Origin: Octopus sinensis
Taxonomy: Eukaryota
NCBI RefSeq assembly: GCF_006345805.1
Contig: NC_043010.1
Span: 48,980,001-49,044,000, forward strand
Reading direction: 5' to 3'
Length of the DNA stretch: 64,000 nt
Shown here: positions 39,100-52,050 of the stretch, in pieces
Position numbering within the stretch: position 1 is the first letter of the stretch
Layout: each line of letters starts with the position of its first letter
Made by a program: the position numbers and the translations under genes
The notes under the pieces: model-generated
Seen by the model: only the letters and a program-made list of their open reading frames with translations
What the model was told of the DNA's origin: nothing
Databases searched by the model: none

Positions 39100-40097
39100 A
39101 CCCAGTATGGAAGCATCTGCCATTGAAGGTGTTACTGCATTTCAAAATGTGTTTACAGAAGGAAGACACATGTCATTGAACCTCAACGAAGCAAGGAGTG
39201 CTGGAAACATATCACCTAAGTCCAAGAAAATCTGTGCAGTAAGTGAGTCGTGAGGTGGGGATTTCAAAATCGTCTGTCCAACACATTTTGAAGCATTGTC
39301 ATTGGGAAAGTTACGTTCCAAGTTTAGTCCATGCTATTAATGACGATTATCTAGACCGAAGAGTGCAGTATTGCGAGTGATACTTGGCACGATGTGTAGA
39401 AGATGCACACTTTCCAACAAAGACTGTGTGGAGTGGGGAGGCCACGTTCAAATTATATGGTTCAATTAACAGCCACAATTGTACCTACTGGGAACCTGAA
39501 AATCCGCATGTTATGGTGGAACGCCATGTTAATTTACCAGGAGTTACAGTGTGGTGTAGCTTATCAAGAAGATTAATTGGACCATTATTTTTTGATGCTA
39601 CTGTGACTGGTCCTGTCAACTTGAACTTGCTGCAACAGTCTTAGAGAAGATTTTGAAGATAAGGAGTTTTATTCTCAGCAAGATGGGGTACCTCCACACT
39701 ACCATCATGATGTTAGATCCTAATTTGATGAGATCTTGCCAAACAGGTGGATTGGACGAAGGGGTTTTGTTGAAAATCCTCTATGTTCACCAGACTTCGC
39801 ACCACTAGACTTTTTTATATGGAGAATACAAAAAAGACAAAGTCTACACTATGAAACCTGCAACAGTCGCTGATTTGAGAGCAGCAATTGAACAAGAATG
39901 CACACAAATACCAAACGAATTCTTTCATGATGTCTGTGATCTCATCACTTCACGTTGTCGGCAGTGCCTGGACCGGAACGGACGTCAGTTTGAAAACAGG
40001 CATTGACAAAACAATAGAATAATGTCTGTAGAATCTATTAAATTTTGAAAATGAAATGTATTTTAATAAACACCTACATTTTTTTTTAAGTACCCTG
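39100..40097 (+). mobile_element. Tc1/mariner DD41D (rosa-like) transposon remnant
   Basis: VWSGEATF...NSHNCTYW...GVTVWC...IGPLFF, QQDGVPPH ... SPDFAPLDFFIW with 41 codons between the second and third Asp. Right end ACCCTG|TA; left end not resolved. Confidence 0.8.
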
Positions 40098-40105
40098 TAT
40101 ATATA

Positions 40106-40469
40106 TTCTTTTATTTGTTTCAGTCATCTGATTCCAGCCAAACTGGAGCACTGCCTTTAGTCAAAGAAATTGACCCTAGGACTTATTCTTTGTAAGCCTA
40201 GTTCTTATTCTATCAATCACTTTTTCCAAACCCCTAAGTTATGGGGATGTAAACACACCAACATCAGTTGTCAAGTGATGGTGGGAGGACAAACTCAGAC
40301 ACACACACATGTATACGACAGGCTTCTTTCAGTTTCCAACTATTAAATCCTCTCATAAGGCTTTGGTCGGCCTGAGGCTATAGTGGAAAACATTTGCCCA
40401 AGGTGCCACACAGGACTATAAACACAGAACCATGTGATTGGGAAGCAAGCTTCATATCAAACAGCCACC
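40106..40469 (-). mobile_element. tRNA-derived SINE family 1 (decayed)
   Basis: Match to family consensus. Confidence 0.85.
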
Positions 40470-41072
40470 TGTGTGTGTGTGTGTGTGTAATCACAGAACC
40501 TTACATTCATAATAAGTAAGTTATAGAACTTCAGTTCACAAAGATTATCTTTGCTTTGTGAGAACAAATGAGGTATTTTAAATCTAAGATAAAAAGCAAG
40601 CAAAAGCCAGCAAGGGAGATAACTCCAATAACAACAAATGCAACTATTAGGAAATAACGATAGTGCAACAAGGAGTGGATCTAGTCCTTTAAAGCCAAAA
40701 ATGGCGCTTACTAGTTCTCATCAGCAAAGTATGTCCATTTCAGCTAATTAGAGTTAGAAGTGATCGAATGTATATATATATAGAGAGAGAAACGCAGGGG
40801 AAATAATGATGCTGATTATGGGTGTCAACAATTGGAGAAGAAACTAGACTGTTTTGCATTATACACACACACACACACACACATGTATGCATGTACATGT
40901 GTGTTTACATATAATCACTATCAATGTTTTAATATCCACATTTCCATGCTTGCATGGCTCACAGTTAAAGAGTAATAACATTTTTGTAGAAAAAAAAATT
41001 TCAGTTGTGTGTATGTAAATTACTGACAACCAAAATTTTTATCTTCTACTAAAAATTTTATTTCTATATATA

Positions 41073-41104
<32 letters not shown>

Positions 41105-41133
41105 ATATATATATAATATATATATATATATAT

Positions 41134-41331
41134 TCTTATATTTGTTTCAGTCACTTGATGCAGCTATGCTGGAGCACCACTCTTAGTCAAACAAATTGAC
41201 CTCAGGACTTATTCTTTGTGGTCTCTTTTGCCGAAGCACTAAGTTGCAGGGACATAAACACACCAACATCGGTTATCATGCGATGGTGGAGGGACAAACA
41301 CAGACACACAAACACACACCACATATATATA

Positions 41332-41406
<75 letters not shown>

Positions 41407-41496
41407 TACAACGAGCTCTTTTCAGTTTCCATGTACCAAATCCACTCACAAAGCTTAGGTCGTCCCAAGGCGATAGTAGAAGACACTTACCCGAGG
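41134..41496 (-). mobile_element. tRNA-derived SINE family 1 with expanded internal (TA)n
   Basis: Match to family consensus; head truncated. Confidence 0.8.
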
Positions 41497-41821
41497 TATA
41501 GCATAGGTGGGGGGGGGCTCCGAAAGGGGCCTCAGGGAGTAGCATCCCTGCCTTCCTGAACTAGTTTCCCACTACATTTCTTAAAAATCGTGCTAGAGGC
41601 CTTGGTCTCGAGACCACTCATGTCTAGAAACTGAGGTTGGGGTAAGCAAGAACATGCTCCCCATAGAAAATCCAGCTTTGAGAAAGCCTCATGGTATAAA
41701 GGCGGTTGCTATGGCATTGAGGTAGATCAAGCCACCCCCGTTAACAGGGATAAAACCGGGATTTAAAACATTGGTTGATGACGATGATTTTATATATATA
41801 TATATATATATATAAATATCT

Positions 41822-42028
41822 GACTGGGTACTGAAAAGTTCATGCCTTTAACGATATCATGAAAGGCCTGGTTGGAGGCCCAACCTTCTGAGTCCTTTTA
41901 CAGGGTTTAGAAAAACTGAAGGACCGCTGCAATAGGTGTGTGAATCTGAGAGGGGAATATGTTGAATAAAATCATAACTGATCCTCCAGTATTTTCTTTT
42001 ACCCAAAGCCAGGAACTTTTCCGTCACT
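41822..42028 (+). mobile_element. Mariner-derived MITE
   Basis: Inverted ends TACTGAAAAGTTC / GAACTTTTCCGTCAC; contains GLEKLKDRCNRCVNLRGEYVE*; same family as 5855-6069. Confidence 0.75.
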
Positions 42029-42452
42029 CATACATAGTATAATGAATTGAAAAGCTTCAATTAATTGAAATTAGAAATACAAAAATCTCCATGAAACCCC
42101 TACAAGATATAAAAGAAAAAGCAAGGAAGATAACTCCTATAATATCAGATAATCCAAATTTTAGGTAAATAAAAATAATATATATACAACTAGGCTAATT
42201 TTTTCTTTTATACCAATGACAATGAACTTATAAATGAATGAATGGATGAATGAATGAAGGAACATATAGATGTTTCTGTTTGTATATGTCCACTTTATAC
42301 ACATGCACATATATACATGCACGCACACACATACATACACACACACAAATATAATGTGTTTATGAAATTAAATTATCAAAAATTGCAGTCCAAAATATAA
42401 ATAACCATAACAAAGTCTGTACAATTTGTTTAGTTCAATTCTGCTAGCTTGA

Positions 42453-42994
42453 TCAAGAAATATGAATTTTTTTGGTCCGTATAGGTTTTTCTACAGCACT
42501 AACAGTTAATGGCCACATCCCACCAAGTATACCTGCCTGGATGGAAACACCAATGGCTACAGCTAGTTCCGGCTCGACTGACGTATTTGGATCTTTGTTG
42601 AAATACTCTTTAATGAGTTCCCGGACCCTTGGTATTCGAGTCGATCCGCCAACCAAAACAACATCATGCACTTCCTGGCGATCCATAAGTACCGTTTTCA
42701 GTACAGAATCAATAGGGTCTAGCACTTTCTTAAATAGGTCAGCATTGAGATTTTCAAAGTGTTGTCTCGTGACAGTGGTCTGGAATGTTGGTGAACCTTG
42801 AAAGGAGGTGATTTTCATGCTGATGTCTGTTGACAAATTGTTGGTCAGCTTCAATTTAGCTTCCTCTACTTGAAAACGCAGTGTCTGTCTGTCTGTCTTG
42901 TCTTCTAACTGTTTGTTGAACTGTTTACTGATCAAATCCAGCATGTGGTCAGTAAGCCGTTGGTTAAAATCTTGTCCGCCTAAACGGTTATTAC
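42453..42994 (-). CDS. HSPA13: HSPA13 coding exon 7 (terminal, with stop)
   Basis: tttcag|GT AAT AAC CGT TTA GGC GGA CAA GAT TTT = (G)NNRLGGQDFNQRL...VVLVGGSTRIPRV...DPNTSVEPELAVAIGVSIQAGILGGMWPLTVSAVEKPIRTKKIHIS*. 542 nt. The protein ends after the ATPase domain with no substrate-binding domain, as is typical of HSPA13. Confidence 0.97.
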
Positions 42995-43741
42995 CTGAAA
43001 AGTATAGTAAAGATAGGAAATATTTCTTTTGCAGAGCATTTGGTTCTGGTTTAAGTAATACAGACCCTATAATTTAACCATCAATGTCCCTTGCACATTT
43101 ACTACTTAAAATAGTCCATTTACCATTAAAATGTAATTGCTTACATTTATATAGCAACTGTTGTTATCATTAGGCCTAACTCATCGTAAAGTCAATACCA
43201 CCATGACCGATATCAAAACTACAGTGGAGAAGGCTAGCCACTGGATTTGGTTAAAAAGAGACGATGAGCGATGGCTAGGATATTGAGCTTTATTTGATAA
43301 CCAGCTGATCTAGCAAGTGGGGCCTCATATCAGTGAGAGGGGCCAGTGCACATTGATGCTGTCAAGAGGTAGGCCCCGAAATGGCACACATTCACTCCTG
43401 ATGACCCCATACACTTGCTGGCTTCTGGTATGCGGAGTTTTTGACTGGTAGCACTTGCATGTGCAAGTTGTTTGCAAGACATTTATATACCCAAATGTAA
43501 TTTATAACATTAACCCTTTAAATGTAATGCCCTACTCTCACATTTACCCTGCAAATGTAGTCCTTTGTACTCATATTTACCCCACCAAAAGTAGTCTCTT
43601 GCACTCATAATCATCCCAAATGCAGTCCCTCACACTTAGCCCTGAAATATAGTTCTTCAAACTTATGCCATTTCACCCCAACTGTAGTACTTACATTCAC
43701 TCTCCAAATTGTAGTCCCTTACAGCCATATTGGCATCTTAA

Positions 43742-43962
43742 CCCTTTCTTTACCAACCTGGCTGAAACCGACTCTGGCTCTGTAGTACAAATGTCTTGTT
43801 TTCATAAGTTTTGAATTAAAATCTTCCACCAAACCTTAGTCACAATTTATGTTTCTAACACTAGCTGAATAATAACTAAGTTATTTTACTAAATTCTTTG
43901 TTATATTTAAAGTAATTGAAAGAAATACATAGCATCTCAAAATAAATACAGTAACGAAAGGG
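43742..43962. mobile_element. piggyBac-type MITE (221 bp, TTAA TSD)
   Basis: TTAA|CCCTTTCTTTAC...GTAACGAAAGGG|TTAA, in HSPA13 intron 6. Confidence 0.85.
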
Positions 43963-43980
43963 TTAAGTGTGATCCCGTAA

Positions 43981-44163
43981 CCTTCTAGCATTCAAATTAC
44001 TGTCTCATGTAATGCTTATTCATTCACTTTGTTTTAAATTAATCATGTATTATTTCATAGCTATGAGATTTAGGTGATGCTGTTTAATTTTAGAATTGTA
44101 GGATAGGTGTGAGGCCAAACATAGCTGATCTGAACATAAAACAAAACATTTGGACCTAAAAGG
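43981..44163. mobile_element. Second TTAA-type MITE family (CCCTTTAGCATT ends), decayed
   Basis: Related copies at ~44520-44695, 44975-45225, 50401-50692 (with a triplicated ~36-bp unit) and 56457-56630. Confidence 0.65.
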
Positions 44164-45390
44164 TTAAATGGATAGGGCAGCGGACTCGCGGTCGGAGGAT
44201 CGCGGTTTCGATTCCCAGACTGGGCATTGTGTGTGTTTATTGAGCAAAAACACCTAAAAGCTGCACGAGGCTCCGACTGGGGGTGGTGGCGACCCCTGTT
44301 GTACTCTTTCATCCCAACTTTCTCTCACTCTTTTTTTCTGGTTCTTGGGTAACACTGCGATGGACTGGCATCCCGTTCAGCTCGGGGGAACACATACGCC
44401 ACAGAAACCAGGAAACCAGGCCCATGAGCCTGGCTAGGCTTGAAAAGGGTGCATAAAAAAATATAAAGGGCTAAAGCAACAATTTACAGTTTACCATTTC
44501 AATAATTTACAGTTTTACCCTTTAATAGTCGAACTATTCTGTCAAATGTAATGCTTATTCATTCACATTTCCGATTAATCATGCATTATCTTGTAGCTTT
44601 GAGATTTCAATCATGGGTTTTTGCATATTTTTGAAATGACTTTATAGGATAGGAGTGAGATAGGATCTGGTTGGTTTAAATGCTAATGGGTTAAATCAGG
44701 AGTTATCCTACCAAAATACAGTTGCATATAGCAACAATTTCACAAAAACTTTAGACCCTTATATCAGCAGTTACCCCAAATGTACAGCTCTTTCCACAAA
44801 CATCTACCAAGAAAGAGGAGGAGGATATGAAAAAATTAAATTATATAAATTGATATTATAAATCCTACTCAACATTTTTTTATGGATTAAACAGAGAAAA
44901 GGTAGTAGCTATGGCCTTTTATCCAGGGTGTCCAAGACTGAATAAGAAACAGATCTGGCCTTAATGCTTCCAACAGAATGGACTCAACCATTTGGCTTAT
45001 AAACTGGCCATATTTGGCCCAGATATTCTACTTGCTTTATGTTCAAACAAGCCAAATCCAGTCTATCACACTTACACAACAATGTCATTCTAAAATAAAC
45101 AATCACATCATTGAAATCTCAAAGCTACAAGACAATGCATGAGTAATTCAAAATAATGTGAATACATACATATATATATAAGCACTACATTTGACAGAAC
45201 GATCTAAATCTCAAAGAGTTAAACATACTCAAGGGCCAGGAAGTGGTGTAGACCAGATAACAGTTTAAGTTTACCACCAAAGAATAGGTAGAGTCCATTA
45301 TTAAGACTTTCTCTCAGTTTCCTTTTAATCAATTTCATTTACAAAGTTTGGATTAACAAGACTCTATGATCATGAAAAATACTTGCTTAA

Positions 45391-45611
45391 CCTTTTCGTT
45401 ACCAACCCGGCTGAAACCAGCTCTGGCTCTGTAGTACAAATGTCTTGTTTTCGTAAGTTTTTAATTAAAATCTTCCACTAAACCTTAGTCACAAATACTG
45501 TTTTCAACACTAGCTTAATGATAATTCAGTTATTTTACAAAATTCTTTGTTATATCTAAAATAATTGAGAGAAATACAGAACATCTCGAAATAAATATAG
45601 TAACAAAAAGG
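45391..45611. mobile_element. piggyBac-type MITE, second copy (221 bp, TTAA TSD)
   Basis: TTAA|CCTTTTCGTTAC...GTAACAAAAAGG|TTAA; same orientation and length as 43742-43962. Confidence 0.85.
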
Positions 45612-45731
45612 TTAAAGAGCTGTAAACCTAGAACAATAGAACTGCAAAGTGAACTTCTTAATCACAATGCTGAGAACTCCTGTGTTCTGTTTTTAGCAGT
45701 TGAGTTTGAAGTAAGTATTAATGATTCTTAC

Positions 45732-45902
45732 CAGCCATTGCAAGGGTCAAAAACATTCCCCCTTGCACATTGAGCAAGGAAACATCTAGCGTTCCACCAC
45801 CTAAATCTACAACAATTATGTAGCGAAGACTTGGTGCACTGTGGAAACCATAAGCCATAGCAGCAGCTGTAGGTTCATTGATTATCCGCATCACTTGAAG
45901 AC
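45732..45902 (-). CDS. HSPA13: HSPA13 coding exon 6
   Basis: ctttcag|GT CTT CAA... = (G)[18 protein letters not shown]...[27 protein letters not shown](G)|gtaaga. 171 nt; Hsp70 EPTAAA and phosphate-2 motifs intact. Confidence 0.97.
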
Positions 45903-46344
45903 CTGAAAGGGAGTGTATTTTGTCATTACAAGGAAATGCCAAAATAGAGAAAATATTACAATAGCAAGTAAAATATTCACATAGTAGAATGAAAGTGAGA
46001 TGATGTTACATTGGAAAATGTATATTTTAACACATAACCAGTGCTAGTTCCTCATCATTGTCATTGTTTTAACTTCCATTTTTCATACTTACATGGGTTG
46101 GGCATAATTTTTTGAGGCAGATTTATGATGACTTGATGCTCTTCCTGTCACCAACCCTCACCTGCTTCCAAACACAGTAATGTTTCCTTCATGGCCAGAC
46201 ATGTTTTCACGAAAAACTGAAAATGAAGACTGCTTACATGATAGTGACACTCATTTACAACTGTCACATAACGTCAAGACAAGGAGGCTTAATACACATC
46301 ATACGCATGCACTCACACACATGCACAAACACAAAGGGCTTCTT

Positions 46345-46585
46345 TCAGTTTCTTATTTCTTTACTGCCCACAAGGGGCTACACACAGAGGGGACAAACAA
46401 GGACAGACAAACGGATTAAGTCGTTTATATCAACCCCAGTGCGTAACTGGTACTTATTTAATCGACCCTGAAAGGATGAAAGGTAAAGTCAACCTCGGCT
46501 GAATCTGAACTCAGAATGTAAAGATAGACGAAATACCGCTAAGCATTTCGCCCAGCATGCTAACATTTCTGCCAGCTCGCCGCCT
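46345..46585 (-). mobile_element. tRNA-derived SINE family 2
   Basis: Reverse complement of 10804-11037; further minus copies at ~53222-53421, 53453-53640, 53685-53875, 57085-57260, 57430-57648; plus copy ~54843-55045. Confidence 0.85.
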
Positions 46586-47057
46586 TTCAGTTTCTTTCTA
46601 CAAAATACATTTGCAATATTTTGGTTGACTCAGAGCTATAGTAGAAGGTACTTGCCCAAAGTGCCACACAGTGAGACTGAACCTGGAACTACGTGATTGA
46701 GAAACAAACTCCTCTCCACACAGATATCTAGTTAAGAATAAGTAAGTCTAATACTTAAATTTTATTTCTGGAATATTTTCTTCCCATACTTTCACCATTG
46801 CAATTTTAGAAAACATATTTGAAGTACATATCTATATCAAAAATATATGAATTATTATTCACCACTTTTAAGTGCATGTTGCATTATAAGTAAAAATTTA
46901 GACCTAAAACTGACCCTAGAACCTCCAATTATATTAATAAAAATCCCTACAATTAACAATATCAATACTAATAATAACCACAACTCTTATAATTCAACAA
47001 AACATACTTATAACACTACTACACTACCCACAAATACAAATTGCAGAGACCCTAATG

Positions 47058-47370
47058 CTTTTAAATTAGAAAACTGGATTAAATCGCAAATTTTGAACCA
47101 CGGATCCACCTTTAGGGACCATAGAAAAGAGAACAGTACTGGACTATCAAAAAAAATTGGCACCTCAAAAGAAACAATATTAATTTCTCAATTTCCTGGA
47201 AAATTCTATCTTCGGCCCCTTCTTACTGAAATAACAATAAAATTTACAGATTATGTCTATAAGAAAGCTATAATATAATGAGAATGAATGGAAACCTAGT
47301 TAATACAAGGGATAAAAATGTTTTCTCATGTAAACACATGACCAAATTCCTATTCATTAATGTAAAATAA
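47058..47370 (+). mobile_element. Penelope-like element GIY-YIG endonuclease C-terminal remnant
   Basis: NHGSTFRDHRKENSTGLSKKI, then (frameshift) ISWKILSSAPSY*NNNKIYRLCL*ESYNIMR...LVNTRDKNVFSCKHMTKFLF. Matches the PLE pattern NHxxSF...NSTxLSKxIW / IxWKIL...CxLCLxEK...N..C.H..KF. Confidence 0.75.
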
Positions 47371-48052
47371 CTATTTACTACTTTATTTTATATAGTAAAT
47401 CTATACTAATCTATAGAGAGAGTGTTATCGATATCTATCTCTATATCATCCCTAACTGTTCATCTGTTAGTTGTGGCTTAATAATTGACATGATTACCAT
47501 CACTATCACACATAGATAAGAACAGATAAACTTGAAACTCATAGATCCCACTTCTCTGCTCTTTTTTTAAGTTCCTATTATAATTTTTTCTCTGCACTGA
47601 TAAGTACTTTGATATTTGCAAATTCTAAAATGAGTTTATATCTGTGTACAAAACGATTGTATTCATGAATAAACTTCTTACAACTTTTTAACATCTTATC
47701 TCCTTCATTTTTGACTGGCCAATATGCTTGAGAAGATCTGTTGAGTCAAGTAAAACCAAAATCGTAATTGTAACCAGTGCCCCCTGACTGGGTCCCGTGC
47801 CAGTGGTATGTAAAAAGCACCATTTTAGCATGGTCAATGCCAGGTCTGTCTGACTGGCTCCTGTGCCGGTGGCATGTAAAAACCACCCATAACACTCTCA
47901 GAGTGGCTGGCGTTAGAAAGGACATCCAGCTGTAGAAATATTGCCAGATCAGATTGGAGCCTAGTGCATTTGCTGGCTTTCCAGACCTCAGTCAAACCAT
48001 CGAACCCATGCCAGCATGGAAAATGGACGTTAAACAATGATGATACATATAT

Positions 48053-48256
48053 ACTCTCTTACTCTCTTTTACTTGTTTCAGTCATTTGACTGCGGCCATG
48101 CTGGAGCACCGCCTTTAGTCGAGCAAATCGATCCCAGGACTTATTCTTTGTAAGCCCAGTACTTATTCTATTGGTCTCTTTTGCCGAACCGCTAAGTGAC
48201 GGGGACGTAAACACACCAGCATCGGTTGTCAAGCAATGCTAGGGGAACAAACACAA

Positions 48257-48299
<43 letters not shown>

Positions 48300-48440
48300 T
48301 ACGACAGGCTTCTTTCAGTTTCCGTCTACCAAATCCACTCACAAGGCATTGGTCGGCCCAGGGCTATAGCAGAAGACACTTGCCCAAGATGCCACGCAGT
48401 GGGACTGAACCTGGAACCATGTGGTTGGTTAGCAAGCTTC
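48053..48440 (-). mobile_element. tRNA-derived SINE family 1
   Basis: Close match; a further minus copy lies at 48810-49180. Confidence 0.9.
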
Positions 48441-48471
<31 letters not shown>

Positions 48472-48494
48472 AATATGCAAGAAACAAAATATAC

Positions 48495-48714
48495 CAAGGA
48501 GATTTGCTGATTTCCTCGTGTAATTCCGTTGCATTTCATCAAATTCCGCTGGTACAGAGATGACAACTTTCTTAACAGCAACTGACAAGTTCCGGTCTGC
48601 AGCTGCAACTAGAGTTCGAAGAAGAACGCTGCTAATTTCTTCAGGTGTCTTGTATGTTAGGTTGTTATTAACATTGATGTGGAACACAGGATATTTACCA
48701 TTCCTTAAAGACAT
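48495..48714 (-). CDS. HSPA13: HSPA13 coding exon 5
   Basis: ttttcag|ATG TCT... = MSLRNGKYPVFHINV...TPEEISS...VVISVPAEFDEMQRNYTRKSANLL(G)|gtatat. 220 nt; HSPA13-type VISVPAEFD motif. Confidence 0.95.
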
Positions 48715-49871
48715 CTGAAAAACAAAATGGAGACGTTAAATCAGAAGAGATAGAGTAAACATTTTACTTTTATGTAAATAACTACATATCAGGGAATTAT
48801 TTTATTTTTTTTTTACTTGTTTCAGTTATTTGACTGTGGCCATGCTGGAGCACTGCATGTAGTCGAGCAAATCAACCCCAGGACTTATTATTTGTAAGCC
48901 TAGTACTTATTCTATCGGTGTCTTTTGCCAAACCGCTAAGTTACAGGGGATGTAAACACACCATCAGTTGTCAAGCGATGTTGGGGGGACAAATATAGAC
49001 ACACAAACATATACATATATATGATGGGCTTCTTTCAGTTTCCGTCTAACAAATCCACTCACAAGGCTTTGGTCGGCCCGAGTCTATAGTAGAAGACACT
49101 TGCCCAAGGTGCCACGCAGTGGGACTGAACCTGGAACTATATGGTTGGTAAGCAACCTACTTACCACACAGCCACTCCTGCACCTAATTGGTATAGGATT
49201 AAATAAAGACACATACAAGAGGCAGATGGAAAGATGTGTAATAAAAGCAGTAAGATTTTGGGGGACAGGCAAGCAGACAAACAAATACAAAGATAGTAAA
49301 GTGAGCAGGCAAACATGTAGACAGACATAAGCACATATAAGGACAAGTAGAGGCATTGTAAGAGAAAATCAAAGGAGAAACATGTACAGTTGATCAGAGG
49401 GTTGGAGATATGCATACACTCACTAAAGAAGACAGGTAGAATAACAAATATTTACAACAGTCAATAACAAATATCTATAAAGCTGTTGGTCTTGCTCACC
49501 ATGATTAACAACCATATAGCACCACATTTTTCATATACCCACACTGGGCATGCAGACAAACAAATACAAAGATAGTTATGGAAAGAAAGAAATTCTTGAC
49601 ATTGAAGCCACTTCAATGAAATTTCATTTGAAGTGTAATACACAACAGAATAGATGCAGTTATCAATATGGAGATGCATTTTTCATCATTTTTATCTCTG
49701 AGACTCAATTTTTCCAGGCCAAACCTACCAGTTTCATGAGAAGTCTTGGTTCAATTTGCCTATCCTCTATGTATCTTTACACACATTTTGTGCCACTTTT
49801 ACTTAACAAGCATTACTATTCTACATCGTGTGCACTAAAAATAACTCTGAAGCTTATTAATGAATTACAAC

Positions 49872-49954
49872 CAAGTGTCTTCTGCTATAGCCCCGGGCCG
49901 ACCAATGCCTTGTGAGTGGATTTGGTAGACGGAAACTGAAAGAAGCCTGTCGTA

Positions 49955-50004
<50 letters not shown>

Positions 50005-50221
50005 CGTGCGTGTTTGTGTGTCTGTGTTTGTCCCCCTAGCATTGCTTGACAACCGATGCTGGTGTGTTTAGGTCCCCGTCACTTAGCGGTTTGGCAAAAG
50101 AGACTGATAGAATAAGTACTGGGCTTACAAAGAATAAGTCTCGGGGTCGATTTGCTCAACTAAAAGCGGTGCTCCAGCATGGCCGCAGTCAAATGACTGA
50201 AACAAGTAAAAGAGAGTAAGA
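49872..50221 (+). mobile_element. tRNA-derived SINE family 1, 5'-truncated
   Basis: Starts at AAGTGTCTTCTGCTATAGCCCC; opposite orientation to 48053 and 48810. Confidence 0.88.
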
Positions 50222-51324
50222 GAGAGAGAGTCTTTGTTATATTCACCCTCAGTTTGCTTGCTTATTTGCATTTGTTCAGCAAAATTATGTTGCACATCCA
50301 GCAAATAAGAAATATTTATAAAGCTGTTGATCTTGCTCACCATGACTAACAACCATATAGCACCACATTTTTCATATACCCATACTGGGTGCAGGCATGA
50401 CCCTTTAGCATTTAAGCCAGCCATACCCAACCAAAATATTCTACTTATTTTATGTTCAAACTGGTCAAATCCAGTTTCTAACACCTGAGTGTTCAAACTG
50501 GCCAAATCCAGTTTCTAACACCTGAATGTTCAAACTGGTCAAATTCAGATTCTAACACCTACCCAACAATCCCAAAGTAAGTAATCACATCAAGAAAGTC
50601 TCAAAGCTATGAGATAATCCATGGTTAATTCAAAACAATGAGAAAAAAATAAGAATTACGTTTGACAGAGTAATCTGAATGACTAAGAAGGGTTAAACAA
50701 GTTTTCATCTCAACTACATTGTTTCAAAATTGATCCAATTACACAGTACTTTTAGCAAGTGTCTCCTACCAAAGCTTCAGGTGAGCCAAAAAAAAACTTG
50801 TGAATGAAATTTGGGAGATGAAAATCGTATGGAAGCCAGTTGGAGAGACCATTAGGATTCTTTGGTGGTAAACTCAATCCAGCTACCAGTTTAAGATTGT
50901 CATTTCACTATTGTGTGCCTTTAATGAATCCTACAATGCTGCAATAAATCAGGTCTCCAGTCTAAGGATAGCTTTTTCTCTTCTCCCTACAAGTCTCAAA
51001 GGCCCTGAAACATCATGGGACTTAGACACTTTCGCATCTGGTTAAAAAAATTAAATTTTATTCTGCAGAAGGTGAATTAAGATTTATATCTGAGACGATG
51101 TTACCAACAGGAAATTACTTGCAGACACAATACTACTAAAGTAACACAATTTAGTAACTATCCAGCATACTAACTAAGCCATCCTGAGCTAGTCTCAAAA
51201 GTTAAATGTACCAATGCCCGTGGTTTCCCCTCTATCTAGCTAAAATCCTACTGAACTTAATTTTAATCCAACACAACAGGAAGACAAAATTTGTTTCAGT
51301 TACACAAGATTTAATTGAACAAAC

Positions 51325-51469
51325 CTGAAATGGGTAGTGTTTCTGAATTTCAGCAAGTTCTTCAGGAGTAAAATGTCTCCCTATAAAGCGCTTGCTATCA
51401 TAGATGGTATTCTTGGGGTTGTACTCTGCCTGGGCTACAGCATCGTAACCAACATATACACCACTTTCA
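51325..51469 (-). CDS. HSPA13: HSPA13 coding exon 4
   Basis: ttttattttag|T GAA AGT... = (N)ESGVYVGYDAVAQAEYNPKNTIYDSKRFIGRHFTPEELAEIQKHYPFQ|gtttgt. 145 nt; Hsp70 NPxNTIYDxKRFIG motif. Confidence 0.95.
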
Positions 51470-51770
51470 CTAAAATAAAACAAAATGGCACAGATACAAA
51501 ATAGGCAAACCAACTCATTTTTAATTTAGAAATGAAACGATAAAATTTACTTTAAAAATAAAGTTTCCACTTTTATAATTTCTATTTATTTAACAATAAG
51601 CCCTTCATTTTTTTTCAAATCTACAGCTGGCTGTCATAAACATTTTAACATGGAATTCTAATGTCATAGAATTAACACTTTCAAAACTTTCAAGAGTGCA
51701 GGCAAGGATCATTCATTCACAATCACAAACACACATAAGTACTAAAGAGACATGTTCACACAGAACATAA

Positions 51771-52050
51771 GTGGAGGCACATGGCCTAGTGGTTAGAGCA
51801 GCAGACTCGCGGGTTCAAAACTCAGACTGGGCGATGTGTGTGTTTATGAGTGAAACACTTAAGCTCCATGCGGCTCCAGCAGAAGGTAATGGCGAACTTC
51901 TGCTGACTCTTTCGCCACAATTTTCTCTCACTCTTGCAGCTCATCTACAACGGACCGGCATCCCATCCAGGTGGGGAACCTATTCGCCAAGGAAACCAGG
52001 AAACCAGCCCTTATGAGCCGGGCATGGCTCAAGAAGGAACAAACAAACAA
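51771..52050 (+). mobile_element. tRNA-derived SINE family 3 with 12-bp TSD
   Basis: AGAACATAAGTG at 51762-51773 and 52053-52064; second copy at 52423-52730. Confidence 0.9.

Noticed and set aside
46847-47278. 143-aa ORF; the A/C-rich strand bias initially suggested a mitochondrial insertion (NUMT)
   Set aside because: No convincing mitochondrial protein in any frame under the invertebrate mitochondrial code; the 3' part matches a frameshifted Penelope GIY-YIG instead.
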